From the IMG/VR virus record IMGVR_UViG_3300010231_000013, positions 1-46,053 of that record: DNA of 46,053 nt. The stretch is one strand, 5' to 3'. Shown piece by piece: positions 14,336-25,700 of this stretch (the first letter of the stretch is position 1; every line of letters starts with the position of its first letter). Position numbers and translations under genes: made by a program. This DNA comes from a virus. The notes beneath the pieces are model-generated. The model ran no database searches. It was not told the DNA's origin and was given only the letters and a program-made list of their open reading frames with translations.

Positions 14336-16056
14336 TGGCCGACGAACGCGCAAGGGACGTGCTGAGCCAGCAATCGTCCATGGAAGACGAGCGCTGCGAA
14401 TACGAGCGTGTGTGGGAACAGGTTTCCGAGTTCTGCGACCCGGATGCTCCCAGCGTGTTCTCCAGCCGTCTGACCTATCGATCCAACCAGGCGGAACGGC
14501 AGGAGCGTCGTGGCGCCAAGGTGTACGACAACACCATCAACAGCGCCGCGAACCGTCTTGCCGCAGGGCTTGAAAGCCTGATCATTCCGCAGTCTGAAAA
14601 GTGGCACGGCCTTTCGACGGAGGCGATCAACGACGAGGAGACGGACGAGGAGCGGGAATGGGCGGAAGGCCTTCGCGACTTCCTGTTCCTGATCCGGTAT
14701 TCGCCAAGCTCGAATTTCGTGCCGTCCGCGCAATCGGTGCTGCGCAACGTGGTTCGCTATGGCCCGGCCTATCTCTACGCGGAGGAAGGTTTCGACGGGA
14801 CGCTGATCCGTTATTCGTCGGTCCCGGTGGTCGAAGGCTATATCAAGCGCAACCGCTGGGGCATTGTCGACACGTTCCATCGCAAGTACGAGCGCACGGC
14901 GCGACAGGTTGCGCAGCTCGTCGGCTATGAGAAACTGCCGGCCAAGATCAAGTCGCTGGTAGACGATCCGACCAAGTGCGACCAGAAGATTTGCCTCATC
15001 CAGGCGATCCGTCCCCGCAGTGAGCGCAAGCTCTACGAGGCGGGCGGCATGCACATCTATCTGGATTCGCCGTTTGAATCAGTCCACGTGATTGAGGAGG
15101 AGGAGTTCGTCGCCAAAGAGGGCGGGTTCCAGAGCTTCCCCGTCTCGTGCTTCAACTGGCGCCGCTACGAGGGTGAGACATACGGGATTTCTCCGACCAT
15201 CGAAGCATTGACGACGATCCGTGAAATCAACGCTGTCCGTCGCACGGGGTTGCGAGCGCTCCAACAGATCACTGACCCGGCGACGGCATCGAAAACCAAT
15301 CTCGACTTCGTGCCGGTTCTGAATCCGGGCCAGAATTACGAGGGCCTGATAGACGATCAGGGGCGGCCACTTATCCAGGCGATCAATGTGGGGCAGAATC
15401 CGCAGCCGGCGCTCGAATATGCGCAGCAGCGCGCGGAGGAAATCCGGGACATGCTGTTCGTGAACCTGTTTCAGGTGCTGGTCCAGAATCCCGACATGAC
15501 CGCGACCGAAGCCTTGATCCGGGCAGAGGAAAAGGGCGCGTTGCTCGGGCCGTCTGGGTCGATCATTCAATCCGGCTTTGCTTCCAATCTGGATCGCGAA
15601 ATGTCGATCCTCGAAGAAAAGGGCCTTTACGACGCGGACAGCCGGTTCCTTCCGCCTGACAGCCTGGCCGGCAAGACCATCCGCCCGACCTTCACAAGCC
15701 CGCTGGACATCCTGCGCAAGGCTGCGGAATCGAAGGATGCCGATCTTGTCGTGACCGCTGCGGTTCAATTCGCTGGCGCGGCACAGGACCCGTCGATCCT
15801 CGATAACATCGACCCTGACGAGTATATTCGCATCAAGAAGAACGCCAGCCGCGCGCCGCAGCGCTTGCTCCGCACCCAAGACGAGATCGCACAGATCAGG
15901 CAAGCAAGGGCATCCGCGCAGCAATCGCAGGCAGGCATTGCAGGCATTGCACAGGCGGCAGCGGCGGCCAAGGACGGGGTGCCGGCTGCGATCCAGGCAC
16001 AGAACAGCGGCTTGACCGACGCGCTGTCCAAGATGATGCCGCAGGGCAATGGCTAA
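14335..16056 (+). CDS. Portal (head-to-tail connector) protein, T7 gp8-like
   Basis: 573 aa. N-terminus with RCEYERVWEQVSEFCDPD, typical of podovirus connectors. Position after the terminase. Confidence 0.9.
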   Translation: MADERARDVLSQQSSMEDERCEYERVWEQVSEFCDPDAPSVFSSRLTYRSNQAERQERRGAKVYDNTINSAANRLAAGLESLIIPQSEKWHGLSTEAINDEETDEEREWAEGLRDFLFLIRYSPSSNFVPSAQSVLRNVVRYGPAYLYAEEGFDGTLIRYSSVPVVEGYIKRNRWGIVDTFHRKYERTARQVAQLVGYEKLPAKIKSLVDDPTKCDQKICLIQAIRPRSERKLYEAGGMHIYLDSPFESVHVIEEEEFVAKEGGFQSFPVSCFNWRRYEGETYGISPTIEALTTIREINAVRRTGLRALQQITDPATASKTNLDFVPVLNPGQNYEGLIDDQGRPLIQAINVGQNPQPALEYAQQRAEEIRDMLFVNLFQVLVQNPDMTATEALIRAEEKGALLGPSGSIIQSGFASNLDREMSILEEKGLYDADSRFLPPDSLAGKTIRPTFTSPLDILRKAAESKDADLVVTAAVQFAGAAQDPSILDNIDPDEYIRIKKNASRAPQRLLRTQDEIAQIRQARASAQQSQAGIAGIAQAAAAAKDGVPAAIQAQNSGLTDALSKMMPQGNG

Positions 16057-16372
16057 GTCGTTTGCGCGCGCCTCGCAAGGCCGGGGGCCGAGTGCTGCCG
16101 ACCTGGCGCTGGCCAAGGCCTATGTTCGTGTGTTTTCGGGCGAGGATGGCGAAATGGTCCTCACCGACCTGGCTGCCTCGGCGGGATATTTCAGGCGCCC
16201 ATCCTACGGGGAGTGGATCGCCAAGACCAAAACGCCACAAGGCTTTGAACTGCACAGCGCCTTGAGCAATGCGCGTGCCGAGGTGGTGCAGCACATCATG
16301 GATTTCCTGACGATGAGCGAAGACAGGCTTGTCGAACTGGAGAAGGCGGCCCGGCTGGAGTCGGGTCGCTGA
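16049..16372 (+). CDS. Hypothetical virion-module protein (107 aa)
   Basis: Track ORF overlapping the portal stop by 8 nt. Confidence 0.7.
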   Translation: MAKSFARASQGRGPSAADLALAKAYVRVFSGEDGEMVLTDLAASAGYFRRPSYGEWIAKTKTPQGFELHSALSNARAEVVQHIMDFLTMSEDRLVELEKAARLESGR

Positions 16373-16428
16373 GACGCCCACGGCTGGCTTAGCCGGACAA
16401 TCCCTCCCAAGAATGAAGGAATACGACT

Positions 16429-17001
16429 ATGGCACGTGGACTTCCGCGAACCCTTCAACGCGCCGCTGCTCGCGCGGCGGGCGCAGTCGCCCCGGCAACC
16501 GGCCTTACCGTCAAGATCGACGGGCAGGGCGGTTCCTACAGGGCTGTCTTCACACTCAAGGACATGGCGATCACTGTCACCGACGCGCTCGCCTATGCCA
16601 GTCAGAAGCTATTCACCTTCAAGGAAGGCAAGGTCAGGCTCAAGGGCGGAACGGCCTCGCTGGCCTTCGCCGTCACCACGACGCGCGCTTCGACCATCAA
16701 TGACAGCGCGGCCATGGACTGGTCCATTGGGTCGGCTGCGGCCTCCAGTTCGACGCTGGCGACGACCATGGTCGATTTCATCGCCAAGCAGGACAAGACG
16801 CTCGACGGCACCGGATCGGCCTACACAACCGCGCAGGCGGCCGATTTCGCCGCTGCGGCAACCTTCGATGGTACGAGCGCGGCAAAGGCCATCTATCTCA
16901 ACGTCGCGTTCCCCACCGCTACCGATATCGATGCGGACGGAACCCTGACGGTATCTGGCACCCTGACGCTCCTGTTCGAGCTGTGGGGTGACAACGCGTA
17001 A
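16429..17001 (+). CDS. Hypothetical structural-module protein (190 aa, Ala/Thr-rich beta-type); possible capsid accessory or decoration protein
   Basis: AAGGAA RBS. The function guess comes from position only, between portal and scaffold. Confidence 0.65.
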   Translation: MARGLPRTLQRAAARAAGAVAPATGLTVKIDGQGGSYRAVFTLKDMAITVTDALAYASQKLFTFKEGKVRLKGGTASLAFAVTTTRASTINDSAAMDWSIGSAAASSSTLATTMVDFIAKQDKTLDGTGSAYTTAQAADFAAAATFDGTSAAKAIYLNVAFPTATDIDADGTLTVSGTLTLLFELWGDNA

Positions 17002-17080
17002 TCGCGCCGCAATGGCGTGGTGAGGGGCCGGCGCTGCGGTAGCCGGTCCATCTATTCCAACCGCAAACCAGGAAAATCTC

Positions 17081-17980
17081 ATGACAGATCAGGCGGAAGC
17101 CGGGTCCGTGGCGGAAACCCCGCCGGCGGGCGCCCCTGCACAGCCAAACGGTGAGGTGGCCAACGGGTCTGCCACCGAACCGGCAAGTCCCTTTTCCGGT
17201 CTTCAAGATGAAGGCGCCCGGAAGTGGGTCGAGACCAAAGGGTACAAGACCACAGACGATGTTGTGACGGCGGCTCGCAGCCTTGAACAGAGGCTGGGCA
17301 CCGCAGTCACCGTCCCTGCGGCGGATGCACCGAAGGAAGAATGGGAGAAGTTCACTTCCAAGCTTCCCGACAATATCCGTCCTGTGACGGCAGCGGACCA
17401 GATCGAATACGTGCGCCCGGAAGGGTTGCCGGAAAACCTGCCCTATTCGGAAGACCTTGCCAATGCGTCCAAGCAATGGGCGGCAGAGGCTGGCGCTTCG
17501 AAGACGGTAGCCCAGGCCTATCACGACAAGTTCGTGAAGTTCATGGCGGACCAGGCGATGGCCAGACAGGCCGAAGTCGCTCAAGCCGTCGAAGGAACGC
17601 ACGAAGCGCTTGTGAAAGACTGGGGCCCTGTGGACAGCGAGACATTCAAGGCCAAGCACGAAATGGCCAACAGGGCGATCAAGAAGCTCGATCTGGTGGA
17701 TGCCTACAAGGAAAGCGGCATCCTCCTTCCTGACGGCACGCTCACCAATCCTCGGATCGCCAAGGCGTTTCAGGCCATCGGTGAAGCGATGTTCAAGGAA
17801 GACACGCTGGCCGAAGGCGGAGCCTTCTCCGGGGAAAACCCGTTCAAGAAGGATGCCAACGGCGCACGCAACATGACTGCGATCTCTGCCCTGGTCAAAC
17901 GCGACCCCGAACGTGCGCGGCGACTGGCTCGCGAGGCGGGAGAAAACCCCGACCTCTGGATGCCGAACAACCCCTTTTAG
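17081..17980 (+). CDS. Putative scaffolding protein (299 aa)
   Basis: Acidic, helical and low-complexity. Lies immediately upstream of the major capsid gene. Confidence 0.75.
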   Translation: MTDQAEAGSVAETPPAGAPAQPNGEVANGSATEPASPFSGLQDEGARKWVETKGYKTTDDVVTAARSLEQRLGTAVTVPAADAPKEEWEKFTSKLPDNIRPVTAADQIEYVRPEGLPENLPYSEDLANASKQWAAEAGASKTVAQAYHDKFVKFMADQAMARQAEVAQAVEGTHEALVKDWGPVDSETFKAKHEMANRAIKKLDLVDAYKESGILLPDGTLTNPRIAKAFQAIGEAMFKEDTLAEGGAFSGENPFKKDANGARNMTAISALVKRDPERARRLAREAGENPDLWMPNNPF

Positions 17981-18010
17981 TCGCCGCCTTCCCAGAAAAG
18001 GTAGACGAAA

Positions 18011-19000
18011 ATGGCAGACGCTTGGGTCCAACTCCAGGACGCAATCATCCCCTCTGTGTATGCGCAGTACTCTTTCGAGGCGCATGTGCAGTCCCTCGAA
18101 ATCTTCCAGGCCGGCGTTCTCTACAACGACCCGATGGTTTCGAGCAAACTCAGCATGGGCGGTCGCATTGTCGATATGCCCGGCTGGAAAGACCTCGGCA
18201 ACGATCCGTCCGAGCCGGTCAACGACGACCCGACCGATTCGATCGAAATGAAAAAGATCGGTTCGCGCCGGGAGGCTGCGGCCCGCAACGTTCGCGCTCA
18301 GGCGTGGGGCGTTACGGACCTCGTGTCGATCCTGGCCGGCGACGATCCGCTCAGGGTCATCGTCAACCGTCAGACGGACTATTGGCAGCGTGCCAACAAG
18401 CTGTCCCTGATCAAGATGCTACAGGGCGTCATCGCGGACAACGTTGCCAACGACTCCAGCGACATGACGCTGACGACTGGCGCTTCCATTACGGAAACGG
18501 ACGCCATCGACGCCGCCTATCTCATGGGCGACCGCGCCGACCAGTTTTCGACGTGGTGGATGCACTCCAAGCAGATGAAGGCGCTAAAGAAACTCGATCT
18601 CATCGACTTCGTGCCGTCTTCGCAGCAGGGCGGGATGCTGATCCCGTACTACATGGGCCTGCGCTGCGTGGTCGATGACGACATTCCCGTTTCGGGAAGC
18701 GTCTACACGGCGTTCATGTTCAAGCCGCGTGCGATCATGTGGAACGAGCTTCCGGTCAACACGGAAGGCGGCCCTCTGGAGCGCGACCGCAAGCCTCGCG
18801 AAGGCCATGGCGGCGGCGTCACCGAACTGGTTTCGCGTCGTCACTTCGTGCCGCATGTGCCCGGCACGCGCTGGCTGGCCGCATCCGTCGCGGACGAGTT
18901 CCCGACCGATGCCGAACTGGCCACGGCGGCGAACTGGGATCGCACGGCTTCGAGCGTCAAGAACATGACGTTCATCGCCGTCAAGACCACCGAGTCCTGA
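18011..19000 (+). CDS. Major capsid protein (329 aa)
   Basis: Size, position after the scaffold, and a strong terminator downstream. Composition typical of HK97-fold coat proteins. Confidence 0.85.
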   Translation: MADAWVQLQDAIIPSVYAQYSFEAHVQSLEIFQAGVLYNDPMVSSKLSMGGRIVDMPGWKDLGNDPSEPVNDDPTDSIEMKKIGSRREAAARNVRAQAWGVTDLVSILAGDDPLRVIVNRQTDYWQRANKLSLIKMLQGVIADNVANDSSDMTLTTGASITETDAIDAAYLMGDRADQFSTWWMHSKQMKALKKLDLIDFVPSSQQGGMLIPYYMGLRCVVDDDIPVSGSVYTAFMFKPRAIMWNELPVNTEGGPLERDRKPREGHGGGVTELVSRRHFVPHVPGTRWLAASVADEFPTDAELATAANWDRTASSVKNMTFIAVKTTES

Positions 19001-19007
19001 TGACCAC

Positions 19008-19042
19008 AGCCCCGGGCGGTTCGCTGCCCGGGGCTTTTCCTT
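19008..19042 (+). terminator. Rho-independent terminator after the capsid gene
   Basis: Perfect 10-bp GC stem agccccgggc / gcccggggct with an 8-nt loop, followed by TTTTCCTT. Confidence 0.75.
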
Positions 19043-19052
19043 GCGAGGCACC

Positions 19053-19217
19053 ATGATTACTCGAAAGCCCAAGCGCGACGTGCCCGGTCCCGACAAGCGG
19101 TCGAAGGCAAGGCGTGCTTTCCGTGCCGCTGCGCAGCTCCAGGCGGGCAACGATGCCCTGCCGGTCTATGACAGTCGCGGCCGACCGCGCAAGCACCGCT
19201 ATTTCGTGAAGGCGTGA
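19053..19217 (+). CDS. Candidate basic small protein (54 aa)
   Basis: Below the track cut-off. GAGG 4 nt upstream. Fills the gap before the adaptor gene. Confidence 0.45.
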   Translation: MITRKPKRDVPGPDKRSKARRAFRAAAQLQAGNDALPVYDSRGRPRKHRYFVKA

Positions 19218-19220
19218 CCC

Positions 19221-19823
19221 ATGGCGTTGACCGAGACGGACGTTGCCAATCTCGCGATCAACGTCCTCGATGAGGCGCCGATTGACGATATCGCTGATGA
19301 CGTGAAAGCAGCGCGCCTGTGCAAACTGCATTTCGCGCAAACCCGCCAGGTCGAGCTTGCAAAGCACGATTGGGCTTTCGCGATCACGTCAGCAAGCCTT
19401 ACTGGAACAGATACCGGGTCGGGTGACGGCACGCTGAACTGGTCCTACACCGTTCCCTCCGATTGCCTGCGGCTCTTTCCATTGACCTATGATGGCGAGC
19501 CGACTGGTCAGCCGATTTCCTGGCGTCAGGAAGGTTCGGTCATTCTGTCCGACCAGGAAAGTCCGCGCATTGTTCGCTACGTGCAGGACGTGGACGATCC
19601 CGCCGACTGGCCGCCGCTGTTCGTGGATGTGTTTTCCTCAGCGCTCGCCATCAAGATTTGCGTTCCCCTGACGCACAAGCAATCGATGTTGGACCAGGCC
19701 AAGGCGGCCTATGAAACGGCGCTGGCTTCGGCGCTGCAAATGAATGCCATGCGGCGTCAGGGCAATCTCTATCTCGGCTCATGGGCGCTCGCCCGTGGCG
19801 ATTGTCGGTACTGGCGGGCCTGA
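19221..19823 (+). CDS. Putative head-tail adaptor (T7 gp11-like tail tubular protein A)
   Basis: 200 aa. Position directly before the nozzle-size gene. The N-terminus LTETDVANLAINVLDEAPI is typical of this class. Confidence 0.7.
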   Translation: MALTETDVANLAINVLDEAPIDDIADDVKAARLCKLHFAQTRQVELAKHDWAFAITSASLTGTDTGSGDGTLNWSYTVPSDCLRLFPLTYDGEPTGQPISWRQEGSVILSDQESPRIVRYVQDVDDPADWPPLFVDVFSSALAIKICVPLTHKQSMLDQAKAAYETALASALQMNAMRRQGNLYLGSWALARGDCRYWRA

Positions 19824-22288
19824 TGGCGCTCTATCCTCTCCAGGACAGCTTTGTTCGGGGCGAAGTCTCGCCGCGCCTGCATGCGCGCGCGTCGCTGGAC
19901 TTCTATCGCTCCGCGCTGTCACTGTGCGAGAACTTCATCACCATGCCTCATGGCGGCATCCGCAAGCGCGGGTGCACCTATTTTGCTGGCGAGGTCAAAA
20001 GCTCTGCAAGTGCGGTCAGGCTCATTCCGTTCATATTCAGTGCCGATCAAGCCTACTGTCTCGAATTCGGTAACCTCTACATTCGCGTCTATGCGTACGG
20101 CGCGCGCGTTGGCACGGTTGAGGTGGTGTCCCCATGGGCAACGGCTGACCTTGACGACCTGTTCTTCTATCAGTCCGCCGACGTGATGTGGATCGCGCAT
20201 CCCGCCTATCAAACGCGAACCCTGACCAGAGAGTCGAACACGACGTGGACGCTGGCGACGCTGACTGTCGAGGACGGCCCCTATCTCGACATCAACACGA
20301 CATCGACCACACTGACGCCAGCCAAAACGGGTTCGGCAACGCCGCTTATGACGGACAACACCACGCCAAGCGGCACGGTGTCGTCCAGCGATGGCGGCAC
20401 CGACAGCTACAAGCTGTTCGACCAGGATAACGCAACACAGGTCAACATCGGCACCGGTTCGACGGCGACGGTCACCTATGACTTCGGCAGCGGCGTCAGC
20501 AAGGTCGTTGATGCATATGGGCTGACGGCTCCTGCGGATAACGGCAGCACGGGCGACATGCCGTCACAGTGGCGCTTCCAAGGGTCCAGTGATGGATCGA
20601 CCTGGGCGACGCTAGACGCGCAAACATCGCAGTCCGGGTGGATCGGTTCCGAAACCCGCTACTACGATTTCGAAAACGAAGCATCCTTCCGCTATTACAG
20701 GTTTCTGTTCGGCGGTGGCGGCGGCACGGATGGCGTCGTCACGACGATGGCCGAGATCAGCCTTCATCAGGCGGCAAGCGATCAGACCCCGTTCAACCTC
20801 ACGGCATCGTCAACCACGGGCATCAACGACGGTGCGGGGTTCAAGACGACGGATGTTGGCAGGGCAATACGGCTGCTGGGCAGCGACGCACTCTATCGCT
20901 GGGCCGAGATAGTCTCTCGCACGTCTGCCACGGTCGTGACCGTCCGCATGCATGGCCAGGTGCTGCCGGACACATCGCCAATCGTCAACTGGCGCCTCGG
21001 CGCATGGTCAACCGAAACGGGATGGCCCGACAGCGTGACTGTGTTCGAAGAGCGCCTTTCCTTCGGCAAGTCACGTCGCATCAACGCGTCGAAGACCGGC
21101 GATTTCACCAACTTCGCCGTGGGCGAAAAGGACGATGATGCGCTGGAGTTTCTTGAGGCCGGCGGTGGCCAGGCCAATGACATCGTGTGGATCGAGGATT
21201 CGGACGGCGCATTGATCATCGCCACGGCTGGCGGCATTCGCGCTCTTTCCGGGTCCGGCATTGACGAAGCCCTGACGCCATCGTCCTTCAAGAACCGCAA
21301 GTCGCGAACCTACGGCGCGGCGCGCATTGCACCGGTCGATGCCGGATCGTCATTCGTGTACGTGACCCGCAGCCGTCGTCAACTGGCCGAACTGGTAGCC
21401 GACAATGCGGGACGGTTTGCATCGTCCGACATTGCCGTCGTCAACGAACACATTCCCAAGAAGGGCGTGATCGAACTCGGCTTCCAAAGCGATCCCGATC
21501 CCTTCATCTGGTTTCCGGTCGATACCGGCGAACTGGGCTGCTACACGCTTCAGGCCGATCAGGAAGTGCGCGGCGTGACACGCCACAAGGCCGGCGGGGC
21601 TCTTTCCGGGTCCTCATGGCCAGCGATCGAGCGCTGTGTCGTCACGCCAGGCCAGAACGGACCTGACGATGTGTGGTTGGTGGTGCGCCGCACGATCAAC
21701 GGTGCGACCAAGCGATACATCGAGGTCATGCAGCCGCCGTTCGAATATGCCGACCTTGAAGATGCGGTCCAGGTCGATTGCGCGCTGTCCTATTCCGGCG
21801 CGGCCACGGGAACCCTGACTGGCTTGTCGCATCTTGAAGGGCAGACGGTCGATGTGCTTGCAATCAACAAGGTCTATCGCGGCCTGACTGTCTCAGGCGG
21901 AAGCGTGACGCTCCCCGGCGGCGCGACCACGACCAAGGCCACAGTGGGCCTGCCGGTAACGGCCCTTGCCGATACGCTGGAGCTGGACGTTGGCGGCAAG
22001 GACGGGTCGCTGCTTGGGCGCCGCAAGAAGGTGTCGGCAGTGATCCTTTCGCTGTTCGAAACCGACCTTAGCGGCTTGACCATCCGCAGCCTCATGCGCG
22101 GAGCATGGGAGCCGGTCAAGCTACCGACCAACGTCGCTTCTGACGGCACCATAAGCCTGTTCACCGGCAATGTTGCAGTCCCTATCGATGACAGTTGGGA
22201 AGGCATGGGCAAAGTCGAAATCCGCCATGTGAACCCGACGCCATGCACAATTCGCGGACTGACTCCCATTTTTGACAGTGAGCCTTGA
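19823..22288 (+). CDS. Putative nozzle (T7 gp12-like tail tubular protein B) with an inserted discoidin/F5-F8-type-C-like domain
   Basis: 821 aa from ATG 19823 (TGATG overlap). Insert contains SQWRFQGSSDGSTWATLD...FRYYRFLF. Confidence 0.75.
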   Translation: MALYPLQDSFVRGEVSPRLHARASLDFYRSALSLCENFITMPHGGIRKRGCTYFAGEVKSSASAVRLIPFIFSADQAYCLEFGNLYIRVYAYGARVGTVEVVSPWATADLDDLFFYQSADVMWIAHPAYQTRTLTRESNTTWTLATLTVEDGPYLDINTTSTTLTPAKTGSATPLMTDNTTPSGTVSSSDGGTDSYKLFDQDNATQVNIGTGSTATVTYDFGSGVSKVVDAYGLTAPADNGSTGDMPSQWRFQGSSDGSTWATLDAQTSQSGWIGSETRYYDFENEASFRYYRFLFGGGGGTDGVVTTMAEISLHQAASDQTPFNLTASSTTGINDGAGFKTTDVGRAIRLLGSDALYRWAEIVSRTSATVVTVRMHGQVLPDTSPIVNWRLGAWSTETGWPDSVTVFEERLSFGKSRRINASKTGDFTNFAVGEKDDDALEFLEAGGGQANDIVWIEDSDGALIIATAGGIRALSGSGIDEALTPSSFKNRKSRTYGAARIAPVDAGSSFVYVTRSRRQLAELVADNAGRFASSDIAVVNEHIPKKGVIELGFQSDPDPFIWFPVDTGELGCYTLQADQEVRGVTRHKAGGALSGSSWPAIERCVVTPGQNGPDDVWLVVRRTINGATKRYIEVMQPPFEYADLEDAVQVDCALSYSGAATGTLTGLSHLEGQTVDVLAINKVYRGLTVSGGSVTLPGGATTTKATVGLPVTALADTLELDVGGKDGSLLGRRKKVSAVILSLFETDLSGLTIRSLMRGAWEPVKLPTNVASDGTISLFTGNVAVPIDDSWEGMGKVEIRHVNPTPCTIRGLTPIFDSEP

Positions 22289-22290
22289 CC

Positions 22291-22767
22291 ATGTGCACCT
22301 TTGCGCTTCTCTCCATCGTAGGCGCGGGCATCTCGGCAGCCGGTTCGGTCGTGCAGGGTGTCCAGGCCAATCAGGCCGCCAAGGCGCAGGCCGCCGCCTA
22401 TGAGCAACAGGCGCGCGCCGATGCGCAGGCTTCTGCCTATGAGGCGCAGAAGGAACGTCGGCAACAGGAACTCGTCGCGGCCAATGCGCGCGCACAGGTC
22501 GGCGCTTCCGGCGTCGCATTCAGCGGATCGCCAACCGAAGTTCTGTCTTCCAATGCGCAACAGGGTGCCTTGGATATCGCCGCCATTCAGTATGGCTCGC
22601 AGCTTCGCCAGAACAATCTCACCACGCAGGCCGGTATTTCTCGCGCCTCGGGCAAGAGCGCCATGGTCGGCGGCCTGATCAATGCCGGATCGTCGTTCGT
22701 GTCCGGCATCACGAACCTCTATGATCCGAGCCGCGCCGTGCGCTTTGGTGGATCGGCGTTTTCCTGA
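22291..22767 (+). CDS. Internal virion protein (about 158 aa)
   Basis: N-terminal hydrophobic segment. Gln/Ala-rich. Position equivalent to T7 gp13/14. Start is ATG 22291 or TTG 22285. Confidence 0.7.
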   Translation: MCTFALLSIVGAGISAAGSVVQGVQANQAAKAQAAAYEQQARADAQASAYEAQKERRQQELVAANARAQVGASGVAFSGSPTEVLSSNAQQGALDIAAIQYGSQLRQNNLTTQAGISRASGKSAMVGGLINAGSSFVSGITNLYDPSRAVRFGGSAFS

Positions 22768-25700
22768 TGGCAAGAATCCCGCTCCAGACCGCACAGCGTA
22801 GCCTCGATACGGGCGGCGTCGTCCAGTACCCGACAGGCTCGCCCATAGGCGAAGCCTTGCAGGGTGCCGGCAATGCCCTTTCATCGCTTGCGATGCGGGT
22901 GAAGGAAAAGCAGGACCAGAAAGACGCTTTCGACGCCAAGGTGCATGAACAGGAGTTCTCCCAAGCGCTTGCCGGCATGGAAGACAGCGCGATACAGAAC
23001 GCGCCCGAAGATGCTTCCGGGCTGCATGACAGCACCTATGGCCAGATCAGCCCGGACGGCAAGGTGGCAAAGCCTGGCGCGTTCGATACGATCTTCGACC
23101 AGTACGTGCAGAAGATGCCGGAAAGCCAGCGGCAGACCTTCGAGGCAAAGCGCAATCTCTATCGCATGCAGGGCTCCAACCGCATGGCGGTTGCCCAGTA
23201 CAATGGCGAGCAATCCTACTACAAGGTCCAGGTCCAGAAGACACAGGACCAGATCGTCAATTCGATGCTGGCCGGTGATCCCAACGACACCAAGACATTC
23301 GACCAGTTCAAGCAGCAGGGCCTCGATATCATCGACAAGTCGGGCCTGCCGGCGCTTGAAAAGGATGTCGCGCGGACGAATTGGGAAGCGAGCGCCAGCG
23401 AGACGCTGTTCAAGCTGAAACTCGCCAAGGACCCGACGTTTGCAGGCAAGGCCAGGGATGCGCTCGGGTTGGCACCACCTGTCCAGGCGGTGGCGGCGAG
23501 CGACATTCCAGCGGAGGGCGCCGCGCTTCTCAACACGATTGCTGGAACCGAAAGCGCAGGCAAATACAATATCATCAACGGAGGCGCGACGTTCTCCGAC
23601 TTCTCGCGTCATCCGAAGGAAGGCCAGCGCGGGAGTGCCGGCATTGCCGCTGGCCGTTATCAGTTCCTGCCGTCCACGTGGGATCGGGCAGCGAAGGCGC
23701 TCGGCCTCACGGATTTCTCCCCGGCCAATCAGGACAAGGCTGCTTGGTGGCTAGCCCAAAGCGACTATAAGGCCCGCACCGGTCGCGATCTTCTGACCGA
23801 CCTGAAATCGCCAGACATGAACGTTCAGGCCGGCGTTCGCCGTGCCCTGTCCTCGACGTGGGAAGGTCTGAAAAGCCTTGGCGATGGCCAGTTCGCAAAC
23901 AAGGTTGCAAGCGGTGGCAGACTGCCCGCAGCCGATCCGGCATTCGCTGCGATACCGCCTGACAAGCGCCTCTCCCTCGCTGGTGAGGCGGACCGCGTTG
24001 CCGCATCGCAGGCCGTCGAGTTGCGAACCGGTATTGAAGCGGCTGCGCAGAACGCGCCCGTCGCCATCATGCAAACCGGGCAATATTCAGGGCAGATGCC
24101 GACCCGCGATCAATTCGTGGCAGCATATGGGCAAAGCGGAGAACAGAGGTTCCAGTCATTCCAGTCTACCGTGGATGCGAGCCAGCAAGCTTATTCCATG
24201 CAGACGATGCCCAACGACCAGATACAAGCGCTGGTAAAAGCGGCAGAGCCGTCTCAGTCTGGCAACGCGGCAGTTGACGATCTCAAGCATTACCAGACCA
24301 TCAAGGCCGCAGCGGAATCGGTTATCAAGGCGCGCGAAGCTGATCCGGTGGCGTATGTCCAGCGGACCATCCCAAGCGTTGCGCAAGCATGGGATCAGGC
24401 TGGCAACAATCCCGCCGGTTACCAAGCCGCCATTGCGGCGACCGTGGCAGCACAACAGAAGCTCGGCATCAAAAGCACGGCTATCTTCCCGGCCGATATG
24501 ACCAAAGGCGCGGTCGCTCAATTCAAGGATGAGACGCGCCCGCAGGAAGATCGCATTTCAGCGGTCACGAACCTTTTGCTGGCCACGCCTGACCCGTCGC
24601 AGCGTCGTGCAATCTTCGATCAGATGGTCAAAGCAGGGCTGCCAGACACGACGGAGGGCGCGTTCAATGCCATCGCGCGAGGTGATGCCGCTGCGGCAAA
24701 TCGCTTGTTCCAGGCCGCAATGGTCGATCCGTCGAAGCTGCCAGGGAAAGCTCCATACAAAACCGACGACATCAATCAGCAAATCCAGTCCGATATCATG
24801 GACGCTGGCCAGCTTGGTGATGTCTACTACGGTTTGAGCGATGGCTCGACGGCTAATCTGCTAGCGGCGCAACGAGACGCCAAGCTCCTGGGCAACGCCG
24901 TGGAACTGCGCGTGCGCAGCGGTGAGAGCCTGCCCGAGGCTGTAGCCGGTGCAGCCAAAGACCTGTACGGCGATGTTAAGCCGGTCGAAGGCGACAGCCG
25001 GGTCAATGCGCACATCCTGGTCCCTTCGACGGCTGACGAAGGAAAGGTTCTCGACGGCCTTCATTCGGTGATGCCAGACGTCAAGTCGGCGTTGGAATCT
25101 CAATTTAAAGCGCCATCCGCTGCCCCGTCTGGAGATTTCAAAGGTCTTCTGTCGCCCGGGAACATTGATCTTGGTGATCGTCCCGTTGTGAAGAATGCTG
25201 ACGGGACTATCAGCACCGTCCGGTCTATGTCTTTCGAGGAAGATGGCCAAGAGGTGCTTATCCCAACCGTATCGCCGGATGGAAAAATACTCTCAGACCA
25301 GGCGGCTGTCGATCTTTACCACAAAACTGGCCAGTTCCTCGGGAAGTTCGATAGTCCTGAAAATGCAGACGCCTATGCCGAAGCACTTCACGAGGCACAG
25401 GCGCGCTTTTACCAAGGCAGAGCGACTGGCGGAAATGCGGTGAGGGACCAGATTCGAGCCAATCGCATCAGCGATATTCTCATCAACGGCTATTTCCGCA
25501 ACATGGGCGAGGGTTACGCCTTCTTCGACGGCTATACCGGAACCGCCGTGACGGGAACTGATGGAAAGCCGCTCATCTTCACTGATCAGAACATGATGTC
25601 GCCAGCCGAGCGCCTTGGAAACTATGTCGGTGGCTTGGTGCAGCCCAAGCCAGATACATCGCCCGCAGCGGTCCCACCGGCGACGCCGCAGCCTGCCACG

